A stretch of 64,000 bases of DNA from Ramazzottius varieornatus. Its lineage: Eukaryota > Animalia > Tardigrada. This document shows positions 11,841-23,400 of the stretch, piece by piece; positions within the stretch are counted from its first letter, which is position 1; every line of letters begins with the position of its first letter. The notes beneath the pieces are model-generated. The model did not search any database and was not told the DNA's origin. It worked only from the letters and a program-made list of their open reading frames with translations. Location: positions 1,291,249 to 1,355,248 of the forward strand of contig BDGG01000005.1 in the NCBI GenBank assembly GCA_001949185.1, read 5' to 3'. The translations under genes and the position numbers were made by a program.

Positions 11841-14383
11841 ATGACGATCTCCTACCAGTTCAACGTTCACACTGCTTCGCTCGGTGGGTTTGCTCGACTT
11901 CTGCTGCGATGGAGAGGCAGTGTGTACAAGCTGGTCTTCAAAGAGACCATCATCTTTGGCATGCTGTATGCCATTGTCAGTGTTACGTACCGCATGATAC
12001 TCGACGAGCCGCAACGAAGGTACGACACTCTTCGTTCCAGTTTGGTCCCTCACCAACCAGATTTCTAAATGCAGTCTTTTTTTGCAGGACCTTCGAACAA
12101 GTGGCGCGGCATGTCGGTGACAATAAGAACTTGATTCCGCTAACGTTTATTCTGGGTTTCTATGTGCAGTTCGTGGTTGGACGCTGGTGGGACCAGTACA
12201 ACCATTACCCTTGGCCAGATCGGTACGTGAACAGCTGTCGTAGTTTTCTTGATTTTACGGGAAATACCGAACTTGATGAGGGTTCTGTGTTGCAGGATAC
12301 TGAATTTGATTGTCCTGTACGTGAACGGCACCGATGAGCGAAGCCGCCTTGTGAGGCGGACTTTGGCGCGATGGCTGTGTCTGAGCATTATTCTTTTGAC
12401 ACGAGGTGTCAGCGTCGTGGCCAAGAAGCGCTTTCCCACTTTGCAGCACTTGATCGACGCGGGCCTGATGACAAAAGAGGAAGCCGACATGTTCGACAAA
12501 GTCAACGTAGGTGGCTGGTTTTCCACCATCAGGTATTGAGATTACGGTAACGCTTCTTTTCTCTTGCAGATTCCGTACGCGAAGTACTGGGTGCCGATGT
12601 TGTGGTTCACGCAGTTGCTGACCGTGGCGAAACGTGATAAAACTTTTGATGATCCTACTGGAATCGCCATCAAGCAAGTTTTCGATGAAGTGGCCATATT
12701 TCGGTCGAACCAGTGGAAGATTTGGAGGTAATTAGCAAGCAAAAGGCTTTAATGAAACGCGTCTAAGCTTATTCCATATCCCACTCGTGAGAATCCATTA
12801 TTCGTAGTTTCGATTGGGTCAGTGTCCCCGTTGTGTACACACAGGTACCTCATCAAGTTCCTGCCAACCATTCGGACGATTTTCCAAAATGTCATAACTC
12901 TGATCCGTAGGTCGTCACAATAGCCACTTACGTGTACTTCATCGGCTGCCTGTTTTCCCGTCAATTCCTGGACCCTTCCCAAGGCTATGAGCATTTCTAC
13001 GTCGATTTCTACTTTCCTGTTTTTACATTCCTTCAAGTGAGTTAAATTACAGCACCAAGAAGCCCCTCAACAGAATCTATCAAAGGAATTGGTTTGAATG
13101 GTGTTGTATCTTTCTCGCAGTTCTTTTTCTACGTTGGATGGCTCAAGGTGGCCGAGTCACTCATTAACCCATGGGGAGAAGACGACGATGATTTCGAGGT
13201 ACAGTACACGCGGAAAGGCGGTCTCCGTATTCGGATTGTGGATGAGTTTCTCACGACGTAGGTCACGTAACCTTGGGTTTTCCAACAGGTCAACTGGTTC
13301 ATCGACCGCCATGTCCAGGTCGCCTTCCTCGTCGTGGATGAGAAGTAAGAAACACAGATTTCCATCTGAAGCATGGGCGATATCTCTAATGTTTCTGTCC
13401 ATACAGGTTTGGCCAGCTACCGACTTTGGTGAAAGATGCCTACTGGGACACGACGGAAGTGAAGGTTCCCTACACTTCTGCCAGTGCCGCCCAACGGCGA
13501 AACAGTATTACGCATATCGGATCCACCATGCAACTAGAGTACGTCTTTCTTTTTCTGCTGTCTCGTTCGCGGTCTTCGGACGTTGTAGTTCTCTTCCAGA
13601 ATTCCCTTGGCAGAGCAGAAGTTTCTTCCCGGGGAGCTGCTTGCTCGAGATCGAAAACGTCTGAAGCGTGTCGCCACTTCACCCGCCAACTCCGTATTTC
13701 AAAGAATTATGAGGCCCCGCGAACGTCGGGGTACTTCCGTGGTGGACATGCCGCCTCGTCAACGACTTGTGTCGGCAAAGTAAGCATAGATAGTGGAACA
13801 GAACGGTTTTTCCAGAATAAACCAACGGGAAACGGACTCGATAATATGGTTTTCTCAAGGCGCGCACGCTAATAGTGTTTTCGGCTGGAATCGTGCGCTA
13901 CTTGGAAAGCAATCTCATGGAGTTTGTTTGCCGATGTCTCATATGGTTGAATTTCTTCGTTTCAGTGGCCGGCAACCGCTAGAAAGAAAGACCAAGATTC
14001 CTACGATTCCCGAATCGGCTTCGTGGTCTGGTGCGTATTTAGGGCTCCGAGTGCCCACCCTGATCATGGAAGCGTCGGAGACCAACTCCCTCCGGTCAGG
14101 TTCCTCTTCTCCGGAAGCAGAGGTACTGATAGCGAACGGACAGCCTCCGCTCCCGTCCGCCCCAGCCTTTCTGCCGTCACCAACCTCCACCATCAATGTT
14201 GGTCGAACCAGCCCCGACGCAGCGTCTTTCATCACTATGAAACTGGATGACAGTCCCACTTCCGAGAAAGATATCGTGTTTCCGGAGGTTGGATTCGGGA
14301 CGGAAGTTACTGCGCATAAGGACGGGGATGCCGAACTGCTTGGGTCCGGGAACAAAATGGCGAACAAGTACCTGGAGCCGTAA
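11841..14383 (+). CDS. Bestrophin paralog 3
   Basis: [53 protein letters not shown], split over about 11 short-intron exons. Confidence 0.95.
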
Positions 14384-14771
14384 GTTTCATTCTCAGCACG
14401 TACGGTAATCAAACAATCGCATAGGAATGCGAGTCGACTTACTAAAACGCCAAAGCTGTGCAATTCACCTTTTGAGTACCGCAAACAGTGAAGCAAAATG
14501 CTGAAATTGGAATAGGACAATAGGGCCATCAGGAACTGAAACAGTACACGTACCATGAGAAATTATGCGGACAAAGTAAAAATTATGGGACAGGCGGAAC
14601 GGACGCTAAAATGGAAAATCCACCGTAAAGAAGCGTCGAAATGTGCATTAGAATTTAGTGTGAATCTGCCGTGTACATACCTGCCTCCGTACCGCCATAG
14701 CGAGAAGGCCTGTCCCAGAGTTTCTCATCGTACGTGCACTGTACCAACAAGATCTTTCCATTCTTTCACTA

Positions 14772-14856
14772 CAGTCCAGTCTCGGTTTCACAAGTGGTGC
14801 AATCTCTTTTATGTTTTCTAAGTGAAAGTGCGCCACTGATCCCGGATGGTCGGCAA
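14772..14856. repeat. 27-nt-spacer dyad element, copy 1
   Basis: CAAGTGGTGCA (14791-14801), 27 nt, TGCGCCACTGA (14829-14839). Confidence 0.7.
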
Positions 14857-15490
14857 CGAAAGAACGGGTTCGCCAACCCGCAAAACGGTGTGTACAGCAT
14901 ATGACACTTACTCATGACACAATCGCGATACTTTCCGCGTTCGTTTGTGCTTTCGTACTTGATGATTGCTTAGAATCTCACACCAGAGCCTTTACCCGTT
15001 TCGCTTTATCTCCATCGGCCCATCCACAAATACTTTTCCTACACTTTGCAGCGCTGGTCCATTCTGCCGCTGGGTCGTTGTTGTTGCATTCATCGAGACA
15101 TGGTAACCACGAAGCTTTACCGCAAGCTTGCTTGTTTACGCTACGATTGCCTCTCAAATGAAGAGTTCGTCCCGATTAGTTCCTAAGGTGCTGAGTTGAT
15201 GAAAAAAGGTGTCAGAAATTTGCCCGATGAGGCAGTGTCATTCGAGAGAGTTTTACGAGTGTTACAAGGTACTCTTACATGCAACACCGACTCGCCGAGG
15301 CAACCGTGTGTGTGCCGAGGCAACCACAAGCATGCAACGCATTTTGGGGCAGTGATAAGTTCTTCGAGTCTAGTCGTCATAAGAAGCCATGATGGCAACC
15401 AAGCAAAACAAAAATGAAAACCAGCCCCGTAGACAAAGTCTTCCTCCCATCGTTGCACGCATGTTCAAAAGTACATAGCACATTAGTTTT

Positions 15491-15580
15491 TTTATTATCT
15501 AGTAAATTTCTCAAGTGGCGCACGCGTGCATCAAATGACTCTACTAGCATGCGCCACTTGGGCGAACTGGCTGTCGAGTT
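15491..15580. repeat. 27-nt-spacer dyad element, copy 2
   Basis: CAAGTGGCGCA (15512-15522), 27 nt, TGCGCCACTTG (15550-15560). Confidence 0.8.
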
Positions 15581-18500
15581 CGTTTGACGAGCTTGCACTT
15601 GTCTAACTTTGAAGTCCAAACGAGAAATCTGAACGAGTTCTTATTGGGTCCATAAAACAGAGGCGAAAAATATCAGAAAGGAAACGGTTTACGAAAACTC
15701 CAATGGGAGGAAAACAATGAGACGCCTTCAGTCAAAGGAGAGGTGGGTACCTGGGCTGAACTTGCATGACGTTCGAAGAAGCACCACAATGTCAGCTTTT
15801 GGAACGGAAGCAGTCATCCGTAGCTGGACGACAGGTATGTGTACTATTTGTTCTTTCTCATTCTGCTGCGCTGGCAAAGAAGCTCGTCACATCAATGGCG
15901 TCACAGCTGTGTCAGATTTATTGTCCATTCTCGAAAGGAAGGACTTGACAACGAGTCTAATCCTCTCTCTTTTTTCCTGCACAGGCTCTACAGTACCGCA
16001 CTTCATCGGAACCTCGTCGTTTTTGACAAACGCAGTAGCGTCTTCTGTGCATAAGTTCCACGACGTTGCTCAACTGGAAAAGACGCAATGATCGTAAAGG
16101 ACTGGCCAGCTTTGATATTCAACCGGTAAGGTGGTCTTTCTCTATCCCAGCTCTCGCTATATTACACCATTTTATCTGTTGTGTCTGGTGACTTTGGTTG
16201 CAGGTACGATATTTTCTGATATCACAACGACGTAATAACATCTCATATTATTATATCCAAGTCGTTCTGGCCTATATTCAAAAGCGAAATCTGCTAAGCA
16301 GGTACGTTGGCCTGGTTTTGTAACGTGTTGGATACTTTTACCGTTATTACAGCTTAGCTGTGGCACCTCGTGTTGTTCTTTGTTGCGTTGGTGCACCAGT
16401 ACTTCACCGGTAAGACATGCTGGTTGTTATTGAACTTTACCGTGTGTCGACGAGTCCGAGCTCGTGGCTATCGCATGTGATGTGGCTCCTCACTCTTGTC
16501 TGGGCCGCTCGCTGAACATGAATTTTGCTCTATAATGAGACAGCTGCGAACAAACGTAAGACTTGCTGAAATTGATCGGTATTTGTACCTTTTCTTCAGG
16601 AAGTTATCACGTGCTGGGTCAGCGGAAAGACAAAGACGGAGCCCGCCCTTCGTTCATTGCCTCGCCTGAAGTCCTTCTTTCCACAAGTACTAGACCCGAA
16701 GAAGGTACGCGTGTTTTATCTTGTCTTTTATGCTACCGGTGATGACTTCGCACGGAAGGTTTTGTTGACTTTAAAATATAGAGAAAATAGTGCAGCCGAG
16801 CGCAGACTTGTTGATCGTGTTTGCGTTGGCGCTTTGCTACCTGCAGCACGCATCGATCGATCGCTCGCACTTGCGCCTTCGATCGAGACTGTCTTTGCAT
16901 ACAGGATTTCCCTGTTGTAAAGTTGTCAAGCTTGCAAACGGGAAAGCGGGTAGCGTTGACTCGCCGGTAAAAGCCAGAGACTGATTTCAATCGGCACGAA
17001 CTTCTTCCGCTGTGACGTAAGTGAAGGTCGCCGCTGTGTTTTCCCCTTCCGCAGAGATCAACTGTAATTTCCTTGTCGATTTCATTTTTGTCTTCTCTTA
17101 ATCGTTTCCCTCCATTAATCTTAATCACTTCGTTTTTGATTGCGAGTCAGTTGCCGATTTAAACTGTCACTCACATGCATACATAAACTACGGTTGCTAT
17201 GTAATGTATTGGGGTATGCAGGTACGTGATGGTACCTTCGCAGCTCAGGAACGTCCATCAGTTTCCCGCTACAAATTTAGAGTTCGCTTCTTCCGTTCTC
17301 TTTGGGAATATGAAAAAATTTAGAAAGAAAATGTGACGATATTGATCTATCTGGGGTTGGAGATATAGGGCCGGATAGACATGACCTAGCTTTAAACTTC
17401 CGGTTGAAACACCACAAACGTAAACCAACGCGCGCACTTCTTTTGTGACGGCTTGTTTTTACATCATGTCCAAAAGAACCGGGAGGTTATTAAAAAACAC
17501 ATTATTGTCCTTGCAGAAAAAGCCATTGACGGGCATCACAGTTGACCACCAGATCGACAAGTTTGGCATCATCGGTTTGCCGGCAACCCTGATAGCCACC
17601 TCGTCATATTCACACCAGCACATACAGCTCCGCACGACAGCTGGGATCCCTTCCTTAGCTGACGTCAATTGTTATCCTTTGAAAATTGGGATTACTGAAG
17701 TGGCAAACAGTGTATCTTGCCACATACAACCACTGACCTTGCTAGCGCTTCCTTGGTGAGTTCCCGACCCGTATTGATCCAGAAACTTATTGCTAAAACA
17801 CAATCGAAACTCTTATGCGTCATGTTAGAAACCTTTGATGGTTACCCGGAAGTACCACACCCATCCCTCACTGTTTCAGTGGTGCTTTTCTCGCGAATTT
17901 CGGTCAAGAAACAAAGTCTCTTCTTGACCGAAACAGCTATATTATCCATCAAAATTATTTTCAGTCCAACAAGTTTAATTACTAGAAATTTATAGAAATG
18001 GAATATCAAAAAAGCCGGAAGTCAATCCAGGTTCGTTAGCCGAAGCAAAAGAATCGCAGAAATACAAATATGTAAAATTTCGTTATCGGTACTGTAAAAT
18101 AACACGACGGACTGTTGAACGTATTTTATAATCAAGATATCAAAGCGTTTGAAATTTGTCGCATCTGTTTCAGCATCAGATGCAGAGCCTTGGGGCATCT
18201 GTTCTTTCGGATAAGAGCTGCTGCGACAATCGGAAACGTCATTAATTTTGCTTTCATAATCCCAATCTGCACGAAAGGTGCTTGGTTGTTGGGTAGACGG
18301 ACCGACGCTCGTCAACAACTCTTCTAGGTGTAACGTTCGCAGATATAATACATCGAAGCAACTCAGACCATAAGCTGATTACTGTAGCTTCAAGAACTGT
18401 GCAGACCAGAGAGAGAGAGAGGGAGAGAACATATTTCTTACTGTGTTCGTGTTGCCCTTTGTCCTGCTCCCTCATCCTGTGTTCTCGTCTCATCCCTGGC

Positions 18501-20494
18501 TGCACCCCAATTTGACACGTATTCCTGTAACGCCAGCCAGTGCCGCTTCCGCCCGCTAACACTCGTATGCTTTCAGGCTCATTGCCTCTCCCCTATCCTT
18601 CTCCTTCCTGATTGCCATTCAACGCAAGCAAGCTCTTTCATTCATCTGTAGCTTCGGCTACTGATTCCACCACACGCGCTCTTACAGCCTGGTTCTCCGC
18701 GTCAGGCCTGTTATGTCAGGCGCTAGCATGTACTGAAGAGCCAGCTACAACAGCTGGACATCCAGTTCGCCATATACTGGCCAGTTTATGTATAGAATCA
18801 TTTTTGGAAAATGACCAGTAGCATCATCCTGTGTATCGGCGCCGTTTTCCTCGTTGCTGGACCCATCGCTCGGACCGTCGCCGCTCCTGGACGAGTCGGT
18901 AAGTTTTTCAAAACTTTCACGCTTTCCTTCGTATACTGAAAGTTCACGTCTCAACATAGAAAATGGCGAACCTTAGCCAGGAAACCAGAATGAAATATTC
19001 GGTATTTGCGGAAATTCGTTTGATTGGTGGGAGGCTTTGCTTTGAAGATACAGGCGAGTACATTTTTGCGGGGAAAAATCTTAGAGAAAAATTAGCCAAA
19101 GGTTAATTTGGTTTCGTTATTGTACTTATTGTGATGGATTGTAAGAAAACCATTTGGGAGAAGAAATGATGCCCCAGTTCTTGGCGTTCTTGGCGTTCTT
19201 GAGAACGACGATGCATCAAACAAAAGAGCTTGACGTAATTGACCCATATGTTGAGTTCGTAGACGTCAGCATTCAGCATTCTTCTTTGCGTAATACCTGC
19301 AAGTTTAATAACAGATGGCTGGTGTTGCTGTTTCGACAGTGAGAGAGAGTTATGACGGCGTAGAGAAAATGACAGTTGATATTATGGGCAGTTATTACGG
19401 TGGAAGAGCCACCATATGGTTAGCTTGTAAACTTCGACTCGACTTGGCGCAGTCGCTCGTTGACCGTGCTGACGGCTAATTTCACTCTTACGAGGCCATA
19501 TTCCGTTCGTTCTGGTCAGCATTCCGAAGCATATTGTGGTTGTTATGACCGAAGGAACCAAAGCAACACAGTGGGGGTCATTTGAGCAAGTGTTGCTCTA
19601 TTACGCGTTATGTGCCTGTTGGGGTCCCAGCCGCTGACGTCTGTCGAGATAGGGAAGAGCCGCAGGACGCAGTCAGGCACTTAACGTCAGAGCATGACGC
19701 TTACAGATTGCCTCATCCCCCTTGATCCGTATGTGTGTATGTTGCCCTTTTGTTGGCTAAAAGGATCGACTTCGCGGATGCGAGTGGGAATATGGCAACG
19801 ACTAGTGAGAGACTTGCTGATGAGTTACCACTTCGTCAATAGCTGCAATAGAGACTGCAGCAGAAACCCTGACGGGGAAGCCACTGCTCAAGCAGTAACC
19901 TCCAACATTCAAAAGTAGAAGCTCAGCTGGCAGAACTCATTCTACATTCTTATGAAGCCTAGAAGCCCAAAAACCACACCGGTCGATTTCTGACTAACTT
20001 GGCATCTCCTTGAAGGTGTTCAGCGTGTTTACAGTGTCATATTCGCGATCCACTGGACAGTCTACCCTTTCTCTACTATCTATTTGTAGTTACAGTAGTA
20101 TACCGTCTTCTATATATCTGAATTCTAGTGGAAAATGTTATGCTTTCGCTTTTGAAGAGTCCATCGTGATGTGGGGTCGAGATATGGCAGAAAGAGTCAG
20201 GGATACGATCGTTTGCGCGTTCTGCTCTAAATAGGTTCGTGAGTAAACTAGCAAATAAATTCAGGACATGAAAAGGTTAAATGTCTTAATGATAATGATA
20301 TGACGGATGCGTACATAGATCTTCCCAAATGTGACACTGTAGACGATGGGACTGTGATATACAACAAGAAAGGAATACTTATTGATTATCGAACGCCCTT
20401 GACGTCTGGTTCGCCATTTGCAGACGTCACTTATTGATTGGCCCGGTTATCACGCATCCATCCCCAAATAACCTCTCCCTTTTTCTCCTTACAG

Positions 20495-23400
20495 GCTGTT
20501 TTTACGACCTGAAGCTTTGCGAAGCCAATGAGCTATGCTACAACGGTACGTAACTAATAATGCTAACGCTTCAAGGCTTTCCGTTAGATCAAATGCCATA
20601 ACCATTTGCGAGACCTTCCACTTGCGTAATTTGTTAACGAAGACCAAGAACCGTAATTTGTTAACGAAGACCATTCGGACTTTGCTACGAAGATTCACGA
20701 CCTTTTTCTGAAAAAATGGAATCAAACCCGAAACGCGAAAGGTTCTGCTTCTTTAATATATTCGAGAGCGTGGTAAACGATCTCGACCAGATCATTTGTC
20801 CAACTAGAGCATTTTATCAGTGTTATTGGCTGAAAGTTTGTGCCTCTTGAAGAAGCTTGACAAGATTGTTTTATCAAGTGGCGCACAATCTTGGTATCTT
20901 GACTGGTGGTATACGCCATTCGAAGAAAAGCGATCTGGTCGAATTATTTGTCGAGTTCTCATCTTAAAATCTTTCAGGAATGTTTTCCCGAACTGTAGTC
21001 CCATAAAATTAATTTATATATCACGATTCAACTAAGAACTCTCTGTTCACCTCAGATGCTCTGTTCGGGACTTGTGTGACGCAGATGAGCGATGCCGTCA
21101 GTTACAGTGACCTTCCGCCCGAAGCCTTGACAACAGCCGCTAAAATCCTGCAGTACCTCATCGAGACCGGCTACAAATGGCAAGACTCGTATGCACAATG
21201 CGTAGTCGGCAAGTTTCTGCAAGCGGCTACCACTGGGGAACAATACGATCCAAATGTCTGCGAGTACTTGAAGGCCCTTCTGGACGTGATTGATCAGAAT
21301 CGTCCAGCGCAGAATGGCCAACAGGATCAACCGCCCGTCATCGAGGCTGTCATGCCTGTCGAGTCCATCGGCAGTTCTTCTCAGAACGGTACATTTTTCG
21401 AGCGCTATACTGATACCTTTCGAACTCGTTGAGTTGCAAACACGATATCATAAAAACCAACCTGGAAACGTTGAAAACTGGCTAATTCATAGAGTTTATC
21501 CATGTTGATTTCTATGCTGGTCAATGATCGGCTGATTTACAAAACAGGAGTTTGTAAAAGAATAGGCAAATTTCATTTCACAGAGCCGGATGCTATGAGC
21601 ATGGTCCAGTCAGCTCCGGCTGAAGCCAGCCAAACTCACGGCGAGTTCATGTCGTCTTCCGATTTCACGGACTTCGATACACCCGTCGAAAGTCCTCCCC
21701 AAGAACGGTTGCAACTGCCACCACGGCTTCTTCAACAGCCCATGGGCATCGTCGATAACAATAACCAGAACCCGATGGGCGTTGTTCAGGTCGAGAACCG
21801 CAACAATGAAGACGCCATCAACGCCTACATCGCCGCATACCAGCAGGCTCTCCTTCAAGCTCAACAGCAACAGCAACCAGTTGACGACAGCTCCCGCATG
21901 CAAAAGAAATCCGATCCGGCTGTCGTCGTTGTGCGTGCTGACGAGTCTTCCGCCACCGCAACGCCAACGTCAACTGATGCCACCACCACGCCGCAACCTG
22001 ATGTCAGCACCACCGCGGTGTCAGTGGCTGACGATGCCCTGTTGGCAGAGTTGAACAACACGAACAGCGAAGCTACAGATGCCGAAGCTATGCAAGCGCT
22101 AGTGTCCCTTATGGAAGCCATGCCCGAGCAAGTTCAAGCGCAACCTGACGAACCTTTCGTCGGAATGCCACAAGATGCCATTATGGTCGCCGACCCACGA
22201 ATGAGATTCATCAATGAGCCCCAACAACAGGCTCAAATTTCACCAGATGACATTACGGTCATGCTCTTGATGCAACAACAGCAACCGCAGGGTACACCGA
22301 AAATTGAAATAATTTTGATTTAGATTAGTTTGTCAAATAATGAAGAGCAACAGGTGTTCTACTGAAAGTACTCAGCAATCAAAACAGAAAAATATTCGGG
22401 AGCTCGGCCAATATAGTCAACCAGACTATGGCGAAAGTTCTATTGTTATTTGCTGAAAGGATGCACCACGTGGTACAACCTTGTTAAATTTGTTCGATGA
22501 ATTCCATTTTTCCCGGGATAAATGATGAGAGATTTTTCTAAAACCTGCCGCAACAACTTTCTTCAGTTATAATTAGAGATTTGAAAGATGACTTGGGAAT
22601 ATATTATGGGAATTTTTTTTCAGCGAGGTTGATTTTTACAGGTCGTCAAATGATGCCGCTTCAGTTCAGCGACGACCAGGGTCTCCAGTTCGTTCCCGAC
22701 TTCTCAGCTCCTCCACCACTTTCTCCGCAAGAGTACATGCTGGCCCAGTTGATCTACGGACCGATGATTGCCGCTCAACAGCAACAAGAGCTGATGCAGC
22801 AAATGCAGCAGATGCAACAGTTGCAACAGCTCCAGCAACTCCAGCAGCTGGCACAAATGGGCTTCCCAGGCCCGGTCATGCCTCGGGGTGTCGATCAGAT
22901 CTTCCTTGATCCACGAGCTCGCCGAGGTGACCCCATGATGATGATGATGCCGCAGCTGCAGATGGACCCCCGAATGGATCCTCGTATGATGCCACCACCG
23001 ATGATGGATCCTTCCATGTTCCAACAGATGCCTGTGAGTCAACCATGCCTATAGCGATTCCAATAAACTCTTGCACACCTGTGCGAAAGAATGATACCAA
23101 AACATGAAATATCGCAGAAAATGTGCCGTCGCAGTATCTAATGTAGGTGGTTATGAATCCAGTTTACTGCAAAACTCACCTACGTTGCAACAAAATTAAG
23201 AAAAGTCTTATCGCAAATTTGCGCAGCTATTTCTCACATTTTTTGCGGTGCTTTTAGGGTCCTTCGATGATGGGCCCATATCCGCCCTACCCAATGGATC
23301 CCTCCATGATGGGTTACGGTCCCCAGATGGGCCAGATGGATCCCATCGCAATGGCTCTATCCCAAGGTGTCGACCCACGAGTCCTCTTCAGCCAAGGTTT

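Noticed and set aside
13939-14556. 205-aa minus-strand ORF
   Set aside because: Antisense to the last bestrophin-3 exon.
17400-18960. Short minus-strand ORFs resembling decayed transposon proteins
   Set aside because: Stop-riddled, with no diagnostic motif I can support.
20625-20673. 22-bp direct repeat CGTAATTTGTTAACGAAGACCA x2
   Set aside because: Simple local tandem duplication in an intron; only two units, not a CRISPR-like array.
22404-22492. Possible ninth 27-nt dyad copy
   Set aside because: Left arm matches only TGGCG and the spacer is 26 nt; too degenerate to count. The same applies to TGCGCCAGTTG at 6601.
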